Assembly: GCA_030265395.1 (NCBI GenBank)
Contig: JARFYF010000112.1
Span: forward strand, 15,567,036 to 15,631,035
Direction of reading: 5' to 3'
Source of the DNA: Rhina ancylostomus
Taxonomy: Eukaryota
DNA length: 64,000 nt
Shown: positions 27,600 to 40,090 of the stretch, in pieces
Layout of the letters: every line of letters starts with the position of its first letter
Position numbering within the stretch: the first letter of the stretch is position 1
Notes under the pieces: model-generated
What the model was told of the DNA's origin: nothing
Databases searched by the model: none
What the model saw: the letters and a program-made list of their open reading frames with translations, nothing else
Made by a program: the position numbers and the translations under genes

Positions 27600-27990
27600 C
27601 TTGCTTACTCTTAACTGAGCTGAAAATTTGTAAGTTCAGTCGCAGCTCTCTTACCCCTTTCTGAGATTTGATGATGACACTTAAGCTGCCACTTCTGTGA
27701 AATACTGAGGGAATGCTGCTGTGTCAGATTCTATCATTCAGATGCCCCATCTACCTTCAAATGGATGTAAAAGATTCAATGATATTACTTAGGAGAGACA
27801 TTCTTATTGATGGCTGCCCATTATTTATTTAAATAAACAAATCAAACAGACTATATTAGCATAGTAATGTTTGTGGGATATTATTTTGTGCAAACTAGCT
27901 TTTGTGTTTCCTACTTTATGACAGTGTCCATACTTCAGTGATTGTAAAGCCTGAAGGTGTGAAAATTGCTATATAAAGGCAAGACTTTAT
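27600..27990 (+). mobile_element. DeuSINE (SacSINE1/AmnSINE-like)
   Basis: Deu-domain blocks tactgagggaatgctgc, ggatgtaaaagat, gtttgtggga…tgtgcaaa, gtgtttcctac, gtgaaa…gctatataaa-gcaag. Confidence 0.7.
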
Positions 27991-28024
27991 TTTCAAATCT
28001 TTGAATTTTCTGTTTTTCTTTTAG

Positions 28025-28155
28025 TGATTTCTGGAATACATGAGCGTACCTTTGTAGCTATCAAACCAGATGGAGTTCAGCGACGTTTAGTTGGAGAAAT
28101 CATACGGAGGTTTGAGAAGAAAGGATTTAAACTGATTGGAATGAAAATGATGAAC
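28025..28155 (+). CDS. NME3: NME3 coding exon 2 ((V)[43 protein letters not shown])
   Basis: Acceptor ttttctgtttttcttttag, donor gtatga; NDK motif [13 protein letters not shown]. Confidence 0.97.
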
Positions 28156-28274
28156 GTATGATGCTATATGTCTGTTTTTCTTAGTATGAAGTATAATTCT
28201 AATGCAGAACAAAGAGGTGGCTCTTTACAATGGAGCTGGTAAATTATTGACACTTTAGAGGGATAAGGGGATCA

Positions 28275-28620
28275 TTTAGAGGATCATGGAGAGGATGTCT
28301 CCAGTAGTGGGAGAGTCTAAGACCAGAAGGCACAGCCTCAGAATAAAAGGATGTCCCTTTAGAACAGAAATGAGAAGGAATTTCTTTAGCCAAAGGGTGG
28401 TGAATCTGTGGAATTGATTGCCACAGACGGCTACAGAGGCCAAGTCATTGGGTATATTTAAAGTGGAGGTGAATAGGTCCTTGATTAGTAAAGGCATCAA
28501 AGGTTATGGGGAGAAGGTGGGAAAATGGGGTTAAGAAGAAAAATAAATCAGCCATAATGGAATGGCAGAGCAGACTCGATGGGCCGAATAGCCTAATTCT
28601 GCTCCTATGTCTTAAGGTCT
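28275..28620 (+). mobile_element. CR1 LINE 3' end in NME3 intron 2
   Basis: RTRRHSLRIKG…RRNFFSQRVVNLWN*LP plus the gactcgatgggccgaatagcctaattctgctcctat tail. Confidence 0.9.
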
Positions 28621-29089
28621 AATAAAAGTGGTAGTGCCTACCTTAAAATCATAGACTGTTTTATGATTTCTTAAACTAAATGAAGAATAGTTCAGTTACT
28701 TCTGCAAAGGTTAGACAGATATTTAATACGTGTGCCTAATTTTCATTAGAGATATCAATAATTTGAACCTTTTATATCCACATGAGAAAAGGCTAATTAA
28801 GGGGCTACTACAAGATGGTTTGCCCATGTTCTGAAGCACAGGCATGATGGGCTGGAATGTTTTTGGTTATCCAACTGGACTGGTGTAGAACTGTTCTGAT
28901 TTTTGAGCTTTAAATGTTTCATTCCCACATGTTCTTTTGTAAACCAAGTGCATTTGTGAGACTTATCCAAATATTTAGGACATGTAATAGTGCATAGCAG
29001 CTCTTGCTAAGACCAGGAAAAATACCATATAACTTGTACATTAATGAAATGATTCCAGTTGTTGCATTGTTGGCCTAATTATGGTCATG

Positions 29090-29680
29090 GATGATATGAG
29101 ATATCTTTATTAGTCACATGAACATGGAAACATACAGTGAAATGCGTCTTTTGCATAGAGTGTTCTGTGGGGCAGCCCGCAAGTGTCGCTATGCTTCCGG
29201 CGCCAACATAGCATGCCCACAACTTCCTAACCTGTCTTTGGAATGTGGGAGGAAACCTATGCAGACACATGGGGAGAACATACAAACTCCTTACAGACAG
29301 TGGCCGGAATTGAACCCAGGTTGCTGGCGCTGTAATAGTGTTACACTAACCGTGCCTGGAAATATACAGCACAGAAACAGACCCTTTGGCCCACCATGTC
29401 CATGCCATCCTTTTTGTCCATCTATACNNNNNNNNNNTTGCCTGTGCTAGCTCTGTATCCTACTATGCCTTGCCTCTTTAAGTGCATGTCTAAATGTATT
29501 TTAAATGTAGCAATTATATTTGACTCTACTACTTCCTCTGGCAATGTATTCCAGATATCAAGGACTAAATAAAAAAAAATTACCCCTCAAATTCCATTTA
29601 AAACTCTTTCATCTCACCTTAAACTTGTGCCCTCTTATTTTTCATTCCTGACGATGGGGAACATGATTCTATCTACGGTC
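29090..29680 (-). mobile_element. tRNA/V-type SINE followed by a CR1 tail
   Basis: B-box-like gggttcaattcc and gagtttgtatgttctcccc V-domain; CR1 3' sequence at 29360-29680. Confidence 0.7.
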
Positions 29681-29833
29681 TGTCTTTTATACTTTTGTTC
29701 ATTGTGATGTATCATTTAAGAATATTGCGCATTTCAAATATTTTGAGATAAACTTCATACTGCAGTGATCCTATAATTTATTATATTTTAATAATATAAT
29801 ATAATATATTACTCATTTTTTTCCTTAATTTAG

Positions 29834-29935
29834 GCATCTGAAGAGTTATTGAAAGATCACTACATTGAACTTAAGGAGAAGCCTTTCTATGATAGATTGG
29901 TGAAATACATGAGTTCTGGCCCTTTGGTCACCATG
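29834..29935 (+). CDS. NME3: NME3 coding exon 3 ([34 protein letters not shown])
   Basis: tttag acceptor, gtatgt donor, 102 nt, phase 0-0; NDK HY..L...PF and SGP motifs. Confidence 0.97.
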
Positions 29936-30474
29936 GTATGTTAAAGCAACCGTGTGTATTGTATGATCCATTAATCTAATTTTATAAGATGTCTTTCTGT
30001 CTCTTGTATTACACTATCTGTAACATAGTAAGGTAACACAAGCAGTTGGTTGTCTTTTCTCTAGTCGCTCCTCTTTTCACTAAGTTGACAGTAAATTCTT
30101 AGTAAGTGCACAAAATAATCTGAATTGTTAGCCTTGGTTTAATTGCCCAGTGTATGGAATAGAAGGTTTTTTTTTAACCACTTCTCATCAATAACCTGGC
30201 TGGGATTGAGAAATAGCTAGCAAATTCTTGGAATCAGGTTCTATTACTGAATAACACTGCATTTTTTGTGTGATAGGAATAGCCTCATGTGCACTAAAAA
30301 TAGTAACTGCAGTATTTATGATTTCCTCAATATCCATTTATTGTAAGCTTTTTGAAGAGGTAATTGGATACTTTCAGAATAAGAATACCCTTTGAACATT
30401 TAAGTGGGTGATTTGGTCTGGCCATTTGCTATAAAACTTAAACCAAAATTTCAACAGTGTATTAAATAAATCAT

Positions 30475-31000
30475 AGAAACATAAAAAAACCTACAGCACA
30501 ATTCAGGCCCTTCGGCCCACAAAGCTGTGCCGAACATGTCCCTACCCTAGAACTTACTAGGCTTACCCATAGCCCTCTATTTTTCTCATTTCCATGTACC
30601 TATCCAACAGTCTTTTAAAAGACCCTATCATATCTGCCTCCACCACCTTTGCCAGCAGCCCATTCCACACACCCACCATTCTCTGAGGACAAAAACTTAC
30701 CCCTGATATCTCCTCTCTAACTTCTCNNNNNNNNNNNNNNNNNNNNNNNNNNNNNNNNNNNNNNNNNNNNNNNNNNNNNNNNNNNNNNNNNNNNNNNNNN
30801 NNNNNNNNNNNNNNNNNNNNNNNNNNACAGATCCCTGAGGTACACCACTGGTCACCGACCTCCATGCAGAATATGACCCTTCAACAACCACTCTTTGCCT
30901 TCTATGGGCCAGCCAGTTCTGGATCCACATTGCAATGTCCCCTTGGATCCCATGTCTCCTTACTTTTTCAATAAGCCTTGCATGGGGTACCTCATCAAAC
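30475..31000 (-). mobile_element. CR1 LINE RT fragment in NME3 intron 3 (gapped)
   Basis: FDEVPHARLIEKVRRHGIQGDIAMWIQNWLAHRRQRVVVEGSYSAWRSVTSGVPQGS. Confidence 0.92.
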
Positions 31001-31883
31001 TCATTGATGATTGCTGTTGTGTTACCTAGTTGGCACAGATGAGAAACGTGGCCGATCTTTAAAAGGGATGAATTACTCAAGTCAACACCTTTTGCACTGG
31101 AAGAAAGAAAATCAATCAACATTTTTGACCCAACCCAATGATCCATACTGGAAAGTATATTGGTGAGAGAGTGGGTGAAGAGAGGATTTGCCATGTGTGA
31201 TACCTTCAAGGATTCAAAAAGTTAATGATATTCACTATCTAGATCCACTATTAAACAATGGGCTACTTGAATCTAGAGCTGTACCCAGTGAACAGCAACT
31301 GGAAAGGAATTAAAAAGTGAACATTGTGATTAGGAAGGAAATTGTGGATGCTGTAATGGGTGCTCAATATGGTTTGACTTCCATTTGAACACAGTGACTT
31401 TAAACTGGTTATTTTGTTAATTTCAGAATGGATTATCTTTATTGGACCCAAATAAAGTCGCAGGGTGCAATACATTGTGCAATACATTGTGCCATGGTTA
31501 TAATCATCCACAAAACTGAATACCTCTTTGGAAACCACTTTCAAAAATGGGTGTACCAGTCATCATCAACTTCTTCAGGAATTGCAGAATTGCTAAAACT
31601 GAAGCAAAATTCTCTAAATGTTTGAAATATAAATTGAAAACAATGTTGGAAAATATTTAGCAAGTCGGGCAGCATTTGCAGAGAGAAAAAAATGTTAGTG
31701 TTTCTGTCTTAAAGTCTCTTTCGCTGTGGAATATTAACAAAATTTTTGTTTTTATTCCTCTGATTCACCATGATGAAAGAACAGCTGGGTACAGCTAGTT
31801 TTTCATAAAATGTCATTTTTCTTTATTCTACAAGATTATGCCACATGGCATTGATACTGAACTTTACTTCCTTGACATTTTAG

Positions 31884-31996
31884 GTATGGCAAGGGCTGGA
31901 TATCGTTAAAACCACTCGGGCTATGCTGGGTGAAACTAATCCTGCAGATTCTGCACCAGGTACCATCAGAGGGGATTTTTGTGTTGAAGTGAGCAG
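31884..31996 (+). CDS. NME3: NME3 coding exon 4 ([37 protein letters not shown])
   Basis: ttttag acceptor, AG|gtgggt donor; GETNP...PGTIRGDF (Kpn loop) motif. Confidence 0.97.
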
Positions 31997-33435
31997 GTGG
32001 GTACTCACATTTGGCTTTAAATATGGACTTTTATCTAAAACAGAAGTAATTCTTAGTTAAATGGAATTCTCTTAACAGATCTACATGAGTTTTTCTTAAA
32101 ATAAGATAGCAATTAATTAGTGTAAAACATATTGTATGACACATTATATGGGAGTGGCTTCTGCAACAAATTATAAGTGGCCTATAACTTCCAATGCGTG
32201 TGCTGTCTGTGTTCTTCACTTCTCTGTCCACGAAACCCACTCTTAGCTGGAGTATAGACATGAACCTCTATAGCTGAGCTCACCGCCAGCTGATTGGCAA
32301 GAACTAGCCAAGGGCCTTTGTTCACCTGGTAAGCTCTGCCCCTTATTCGCCTTGACAGCCCATTAAGCCAAACCGCAGACTTAATGGCTGCCAAAACTGT
32401 CAAAGAGATTGAATATTTATGAAGGTCTTTGGCATTCACAGATATTCAAAAATGGTAAAAAAAACATACAATTTTTAATTATTAGAAATTGAAAAATGAA
32501 CATTTAATAAAAACACAGATAATTAAATATTTAATTCAACTGAATTCTGTGTAAATCGTACCTGCTGTTCATCTCCATTCAGATAAATGATTTGCTGAAC
32601 ATGCCATATTTAACCTGGTGCAGGTTCAGAGGTAAATTTCCCAACGTAAATGTTGGGAGTTTCCCACAATGGATTCCGTGCAGAGTCCAACAGCAGTGCA
32701 ATTGGGNNNNNNNNNNNNNNNNNNNNNNNNNNNNNNNNNNNNNNNNNNNNNNNNNNNNNNNNNNNNNNNNNNNNNNNNNNNNNNNNNNNNNNNNNNNNNN
32801 NNNNNNGCAGTGCAATTGGGAAATGGCAGATAAGTTTTGTGGAAGTCCGAGGTTCTGCCATCACACAGGAATCTCTAACCTCCACACAGCTAATAGAGAT
32901 AAATAAATGGTAGTGGTAGAATTTCTTTAAGATTCAAGCCAATGTTTTATGATCTTTGCCACATTATCAGGAACTATGAAGCTATCCCTCTGACCTACAC
33001 AGATTCTTTTTAGGAATGGAAATCAGTTTAGTATGTAATATGGTAGGTATTTCATCATAATAAAAGCTGGTGCTTTGAAAAAAAAAGGCTACATTATTTT
33101 CAAGAAGTGTCAGGCCAGTTTGAACAACCCTGCAATAGAAAACTCTTTCTCCATCAAGGTACAGAAGTGATGGTGTACTGGCTCAAAGAAAATCTGTTTG
33201 ACTAATACTCAACCTGTATCCCAAGTTTCTAAATGTGTGGCTGAGAAAGTGTGGGATCCAATTTTTCATAATTTATAACTGGAAATAGAAATTTGAAATG
33301 CAGATGCAGGAAATGGGGGAATATAAATTTGTTCTCTTATGATACAAATGCTTTCATAATCTTGATTTGAATGCAGTACTATAGTTTGAATCTCTTGAAC
33401 ATTTAATTTAGATTGTTTATTTTGTTGTGATGCAG

Positions 33436-33553
33436 GAATGTAATCCATGGCAGTGATTCAGTGGAGAGTGCCATCCGTGAAATCTCCCTGTGGTTCCACC
33501 CTGAGGAGCTGGTTTGCTGGAATGATTGTGCTGATGACTGGATATATGAATAA
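33436..33553 (+). CDS. NME3: NME3 coding exon 5 ((R)[38 protein letters not shown])
   Basis: tgcag acceptor; catalytic NxxHGSD motif; TAA at 33551-33553. Joined CDS 46+131+102+113+118 = 510 nt = 169 aa plus stop. Confidence 0.97.
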
Positions 33554-34138
33554 ACCAGTCTTTTTAAAAAAAAAATCACTCAGGAACAAGCTCATCACTA
33601 CTGAAATATCATTGTTACAGTATCCACATTGACTGTAACAGACCTATGCACAACTGAGTTTTTCATTCTTTCTATGCATATTCTTTTGAAATTAATTATT
33701 TTAAAATTCTGTTCCCTCAGGTTTATCTAATTGAAATTTTGAAAGAAAACAAGTCAATGCTCTAGATAATCCTAGAATTGAAGCATTAACCTATCTATCT
33801 TTCATTGGCATGCATTTGTGCATTTCTACCACTTGTCTATTTTTTTTTTAACTTGGTATTTCAATTTATTTTGTATCTGAAAATGTTGCTGCTGTAATAT
33901 GGACATGACAATACTGGATGGTGCTTTTTTCACTGGCGTGAAGCATCTAATGTGATACAAATGAACATCAAAACGCAATCCAGTTCTTGGGTGAGGGAAC
34001 AATAAGAGATCAACATCACAAGCTATTTCATGATATAGGATGGAAAAGTAATCTGCATCTGGACTATTGCAATTGATCCCATTGTCAAACTTGTTGACAA
34101 GTCAAAATTCTGCACTCCATCATGGCTAAAATTTGAGG

Positions 34139-34190
34139 TACATTATAGTTCTAGAGAAATGGTTACATTATAGTTCTAGAGAAATGGTTA
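34139..34190. repeat. Perfect 25-bp tandem duplication
   Basis: tacattatagttctagagaaatggt x2. Confidence 0.9.
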
Positions 34191-35994
34191 GTAGTTTCTC
34201 AATGAAGCCCTTTTTCTTATCAGAGTCAATAATGAGAGTGATTTAAACACTGTTATGGCTTCATATTGGTGATACTTAAGAATCTTTTTAATGTAGTCTA
34301 TCGTCAACTGTGCACCCAAAGGATGCTTGAATCTGGTATGATTAATTTGATTGTTGAGTTCCAGGTGAAAATCAGAGAAAAGGATTCTGAAATACTTCTA
34401 ATAATTGACCCAGATATGATCACTTTTGCAATAGTGAAATTAATCAACTGGCTTTAAATAAGGAAATTGTTAAACAATCTATGAATCTGTTAACAAGTCC
34501 GCATTATTGTCAGGAGAGGATAAATTACACAAATGGATTTAGACCAATTTCTTAAATGTATTATGCTGAATGGGTCACAGGAGATTAATATGAAATTCTT
34601 AGTAAATAAATGCTCATTCATACTGTAAAATAGTGGTAATTAAAATATTAAACTAAAATGTTATGAATTAGAAAACAGCCATGTCAAGCAAACACTCTTT
34701 AATGGAACGGAACAAGTTCCCCATTTTTTTTTGCCAAAGCTTTTTAATGGTGGTCTTGTGTCTGATTCTGAGCAGATGTGTTGTGGCACCTGTGCTGCTT
34801 TTTCATTTTAAAAGTTACTTATTCACTGTGATCATCAAAAAAAGATGCAAACTATAGTTTTTAGGAACTTGTTCAGTGCCTACCTAATTCTGCCTGCACA
34901 GAACAGAACCTTATATAGACAAATCTGCTTTCTTTTGATTGCTAAAATTAGTTAATACAAACAACTTGTTTGATCATGAATATAAACTAATGATTGTAAA
35001 GGGAAAAATGCCAGACAGCCCTAAGATTAAAAGGTCAACATACAGGACTGAACACTGGTATTTATTACTATACTTCACAATAAAACACTTTGTTTGGGTA
35101 CATCAAAACTCTAATCATTTTTGTACAAATTTGTTCTTGGCACATTAAATTTTGTGGCTTGGGTTGAAAATTCCATTGATATGAATTCCAGAGAAATGAG
35201 AAAAAAGCTTAGTTCATTATCGTATCATAGTTTAGTTACTTGTACTCTGGCTGTGTAGTAATGAGAGAGTTTTGCTGCCAGTGGTTATTAGAGGATGCCA
35301 GCATGCTACTGTTTTACTGATCACAATTGAGTATTATAGATTGCTATAATAGACCCAGGCTGCTGAGATTTCCCATAGGAATTTTTTTTTACTTCTTGCC
35401 ATAAAAATGTTTTTGTGTGAGAGAAAGGAATAATGCAGAGAGAATAAAGAAACTCCACCTAAGTGAGCAGGTAGAAAACCTACTGAAAGGACTTTTGCCA
35501 AAGGAGAATGCCTAATATCTGTAGTGCACTTGCTCCTGATAACAAATCCAGACTTTACTGTCTGGAATCACAGATGTGAATTCTTTCAATGCTATAGAAT
35601 GATGCAATATGTTAAAGCTATAATATTATACATGAACCAAAAACATGAATCGCCTTGGTTCTACAGGTCCTCTATTGATTAAGTCCTTTGCTGATACATT
35701 TGTTTTGTTTAATCTTTCTTTTAAATAATTTTGTAAGAGACATTGAATTACATGTCACCAAAAGATGTGACATTATCAGTGACACTCTTTATATTCGGAT
35801 GCTGGAAAACAAAAAAACAAAATGCTGGAACCACAGCAGTTCAAGCAGCATCACTGAGGAGAGAAAATGAGTCAGCATTTCATGTTAAGAACCCTTCACC
35901 AAAACTGGAAAAATGAGAAAGCATATTTCAAGTTGCAGAGAGTGAGAGTGGTGGAGAAGACAGAGGAAATGTCTATGATAGGCTGTGGTCAAGG

Positions 35995-36288
35995 TACCAA
36001 TTACAGGGTTACAAATGACCTGACATAAGGAAATCCAACTTCACGCAAATTCTCCCATACATTTTTAAAGCTAGTGATAATATGTTTCATAGTAATAACT
36101 AATGACAACACAGTACATTACTTTAATTATGGGTAGTATTAGAGCAATTATTCAGTCAGATATTTTAGCATGTGCATGTAAAGCGATATATGAGTTAGTA
36201 TAGAAATTGGAAATTTCTGGCTTACGGTGAAGTAGGCATATGGATAGTTCTCAGGACTGGAACCATTAGGTAACCTGTACTGCCTGTA
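35995..36288. mobile_element. Tigger/pogo-like MITE inside a Penelope-derived fragment
   Basis: Ends cagggttac…cctgacataagg and ggtaacctgtactgcctg-TA; internal ttacg repeats. Confidence 0.5.
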
Positions 36289-37091
36289 CTTTAAGTACCA
36301 GAATCAAATTGAAACAATGTTGCAGGCACACATGTGAAAAGAAAACAAAAATGCAGTTACATAAAATTGTGAAATTCACTATCAAGACCCCAGGGCTGCA
36401 AAGCCCTCAAATGAGAGAAGAGGTGCAAATGGCCTTTGATTTCCTGTCTGATGCTTGTGATGTTTCTGTTTTGCTTGTGGTGTGAAATTCCAGCGAGCTG
36501 ATCAAGTGTCTTTCAATGTGATATGCAATGAGGAAAGTAGTTTTTAATGTCCCTGGCTGGCAAGGTGTGGATAAAACACAACCTTATTAATCCAGGTACC
36601 CTATGCTATAGCCATTTGATTGTACATTTTTAGCAACATTTAAGAAAATAAGGTTACAAGCAGACAAAGTCACTTTCTTTTCAAAAGAGCATGTGCCTAG
36701 TTTTTGGTAAAATACATGACAAATAAAACTTGGAATAACTTTTAAGTCTTTAAAGAAAGAATCATGAATGCAAAACTGTGCAACTCTTATCAATACAGAG
36801 CTATATCAACTGACCTAATAATCAGAGGGACACTATGGCGGTTTCAGAGGCCTGCAAAGAAAGTAACTCAAAATAACTGGTATTTTCTAAAGTTGACCTA
36901 AAATATCCAATGGCCTGTATTAGTAATGCATTGACCAATATGATAAGTTAGTGAATCTCAGTAACACGATCCAGAAGTAAGCACAGATTGACAATGTATT
37001 TTTTCTTCATTGTAACAATGACCAGTTTGAAATATGGCACATTTTTCAATTCATTAATAAATACTGCAACAACTGATTTATGATGTGAATG

Positions 37092-37097
37092 TTTATT
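37092..37097 (-). terminator. Probable MAPK8IP3 polyadenylation signal (3' UTR about 2.9 kb)
   Basis: Minus-strand AATAAA with three TGTA motifs upstream and GTTGTTG downstream, at the end of a repeat-poor tract below the stop codon. Confidence 0.55.
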
Positions 37098-39974
37098 ACA
37101 TATGGAACAGTTACATGTTAAGTTAAATTACATTGCACAGGGAAATTAGCTCAGATAGTATCCTTACACCAGCCAACCCTCTCTGTACACCCAACCCGAC
37201 CTTTTTCATTATACACCAAGCAGCATTTTGTACAGGACTCTGCTGTGAAGCAGCAGTGTTCAGACTGCAGTATCATTTTCTCGAGACTGTAATACACAGG
37301 AGCTACTTTACATGATGAGAAGAACCTCAAATTGCTACTGGCAGAGGACATGGTCTGGATGTCCAGAGGAGCCATAATCTATAGACTTAGTAAAATGACC
37401 ACCTAATCAAGATGAGAACCAGATTTGTTTTAAATATAATGCACTCATGTGGCCAGAAGACAAATCATACTTGCTGATTTCCAAACCAGCATTAATCATT
37501 CCACCCTGCCATGTGTCAGTAAATGTGAGTTCTTCTGAAGAACAGCAGATTTTCTCCCATCTGTCAATGATTTTGTTTCCCTTCTCAGTTCCCATTGCTG
37601 TACTTTGCCAGCTCATTCAAAATTTATTCATTCGTACTTACACCTTTGTTAAACAATGAAAATGACTTGTTACTGGTCAAAATAACCTCATTATTACACA
37701 TTACACTGAGGTGTAGGTTTGGAATACTCTGAAAGTGGTATGTTATATGGACATACAAAGAATGAATTACAGTATGAAAAGGCTTCGATTTCACTAACAT
37801 TTATAACATACTCCAGGATATTAAAACAGAATTTCTTAATTCCACACTCAAAAGTTTTCCTTTTTATACCCAGGACTACTGTCTCAAATATGCCTACAAT
37901 AATGTATGGAGGTCATAGTAGGCACTCAATTCTTATGTGCAATTCTTGAAATTCCCACGTGGCTCAGATGGAAACTGAAAACTTATTGTTCTTTTCACAT
38001 TAAATGTTTTGTCTTTCAATCTTGATCTCTATTACCCCCTACATTTTAACTGCTTCTGTCCTTCACCCTAGAAGCAAAAGCACAAACTATATTGCAACTG
38101 CAATCAGTGCATTGGTTAGCAGTTATCTGCTGGTTGGTCCCCTGATACTCTCTCCCCTTCCCAACTTCCTAAAAAAAAGCACACCATCTAACTCACAACA
38201 TTTAAGGTTGTAAAAGAAAAATAAGGACCGAGAAATGCCACTTACCTCCAAGGGTCCCTTTTTGACGAATTATTCACAATTTGCATTTTTATTTTTAAAA
38301 TTTAATCTGAGGAAGGTGACTAAGACCTATGATGAAGTTACCAGCCTTTCAAGATCAAAACTAGTTTTACATTGCTAAAACTACTGGGGTACACAAATAC
38401 CACAAAAAAAGGACTGCACTGTCTACATCCCAGGAAATTTTGAATAAGTTAGTACAAGCCACAGGATTTGCTCTGCTTTTACTCAAGATCATTTCTGGCA
38501 GCAGACAAAATTCCTTCAAAGCATGTGGTATCTCAATGTTTTAATACTGGATAATCATGTATGTTCACTGTGTAGTTTTGTAAAATGGTGAAAATAGAAA
38601 TAGGTTACTGATGAATACTGAAATATCTTTCTATGTTCCTTAGGTCACTGATCGTTCTTCTAGGGGGCTCAAGGTCCCAGTGACTTCAATACATTTGCAA
38701 CAATCTTATACTAAACATACAACCATCCTTTGAGCTGTCCAGGGAAGGAAGCTTTCCAGAAAACTGTACTGCCGGTATCAATGATCTTGTCTTTATTTCA
38801 TTGCTATGTTAAACCTTGAATAGTAATTCTATTTATCCCAATAAAAACATAGCCAATTTTAAAAAAAAAGGAAATTCTCTGGTCAAAATAGTTAACTGAA
38901 GGAGACAAGCATTTTTAAATTCCTGACATCTCCAGAATTTTTCCAAATCAATGACATCCAGAAATGAATAAGAATGCATCCAGTTGACATTCCATAGTTC
39001 CCCATCCCTTTTTAGATATTGTTGTATATTAAACCAGGAAAAGCAGGTTTTACCAAACCTTTACAGTGCCAACTAGAACGCTGACAGCTACAACAAAGTC
39101 TGGTGAAAATTCATTCTACTGAGCATATATAGAAACCCTTTTTGAAAGTGAATGCACTTTTCTCCCTAAAGAAATCCTACTCTTTCTGGAATTGCCAATA
39201 TTAATGAATGAATGGATAGGTAAAAATTGGTGGACTGAAGGTTTCTGGAAAAAAAGGTTACACTTCCCTGTGTCATTAAACATCAGTGGCATCTTAGAAC
39301 ATAAGGAACTGAGCTACATCCATTCTCAGTCTGTTTTTGCACTTTATTGTACATAGTCATAATATTGTTTTTGAAATCTCCTATCCACTTTTCTAGCCCT
39401 TTTGCAATACCTGTCATTTGGGTTCTGTCACAGAGGCAGGGCCTCATGAGAAATTCAGTTGAGTAATGTTGCAGGTTTGGTTTAAGTATGAACATTATCA
39501 GCAATAATGTTTGATTAAGTATTTTGGGGGACAAATTGAAAGTAAATGCTACTTGTAAACAAACTAACCTTTACATGATACATAAATGAACAGACATGAA
39601 AGTTGCCATATGACATTATTTCAACATCTGGCATGCAATATGGTAGCATTCTTTGTTTCATGTTTTAAGGACAGGCTAATTACAAAGGTAAGTGCTTGAA
39701 ACAGCAACAAATTTTGTTGAAGTGAATAAGATTTCAGTCTTCAAAGAGCCAGTGTTAGCTATTTTAAATGATTTTAGCATTCCATTTTTAAATTGAATCC
39801 AAAATGTGTTGGATTGTTGCAAATTTCAACAAATGCAATTCCAAAGTGGAGATACCATGGAAATGCTACAAAAATTCTAGATTTTCAGTGGCTTTCTTTA
39901 TGGACAAGTACAATGCAGGGAATCTTATATGTACATACAGATGAACTGCAGGTATCTGGGAGCTGAGTGACATC

Positions 39975-40090
39975 CTATTCAGGAACATATGACACCTGCC
40001 AGACAATGATGTGACTTCGTTCTGCTTTGGAGAGAGCTGGTCTCATTCCATCGGGCAAACTTTCTTCTGTCTCATCATCTTCACCGTCAC
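39975..40090 (-). CDS. MAPK8IP3: MAPK8IP3/JIP3 terminal coding exon ((G)[37 protein letters not shown])
   Basis: ctctgtgcag acceptor, TAG stop; C-terminus is JIP3-type ([10 protein letters not shown]...[16 protein letters not shown]), not SPAG9-type. Confidence 0.96.
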
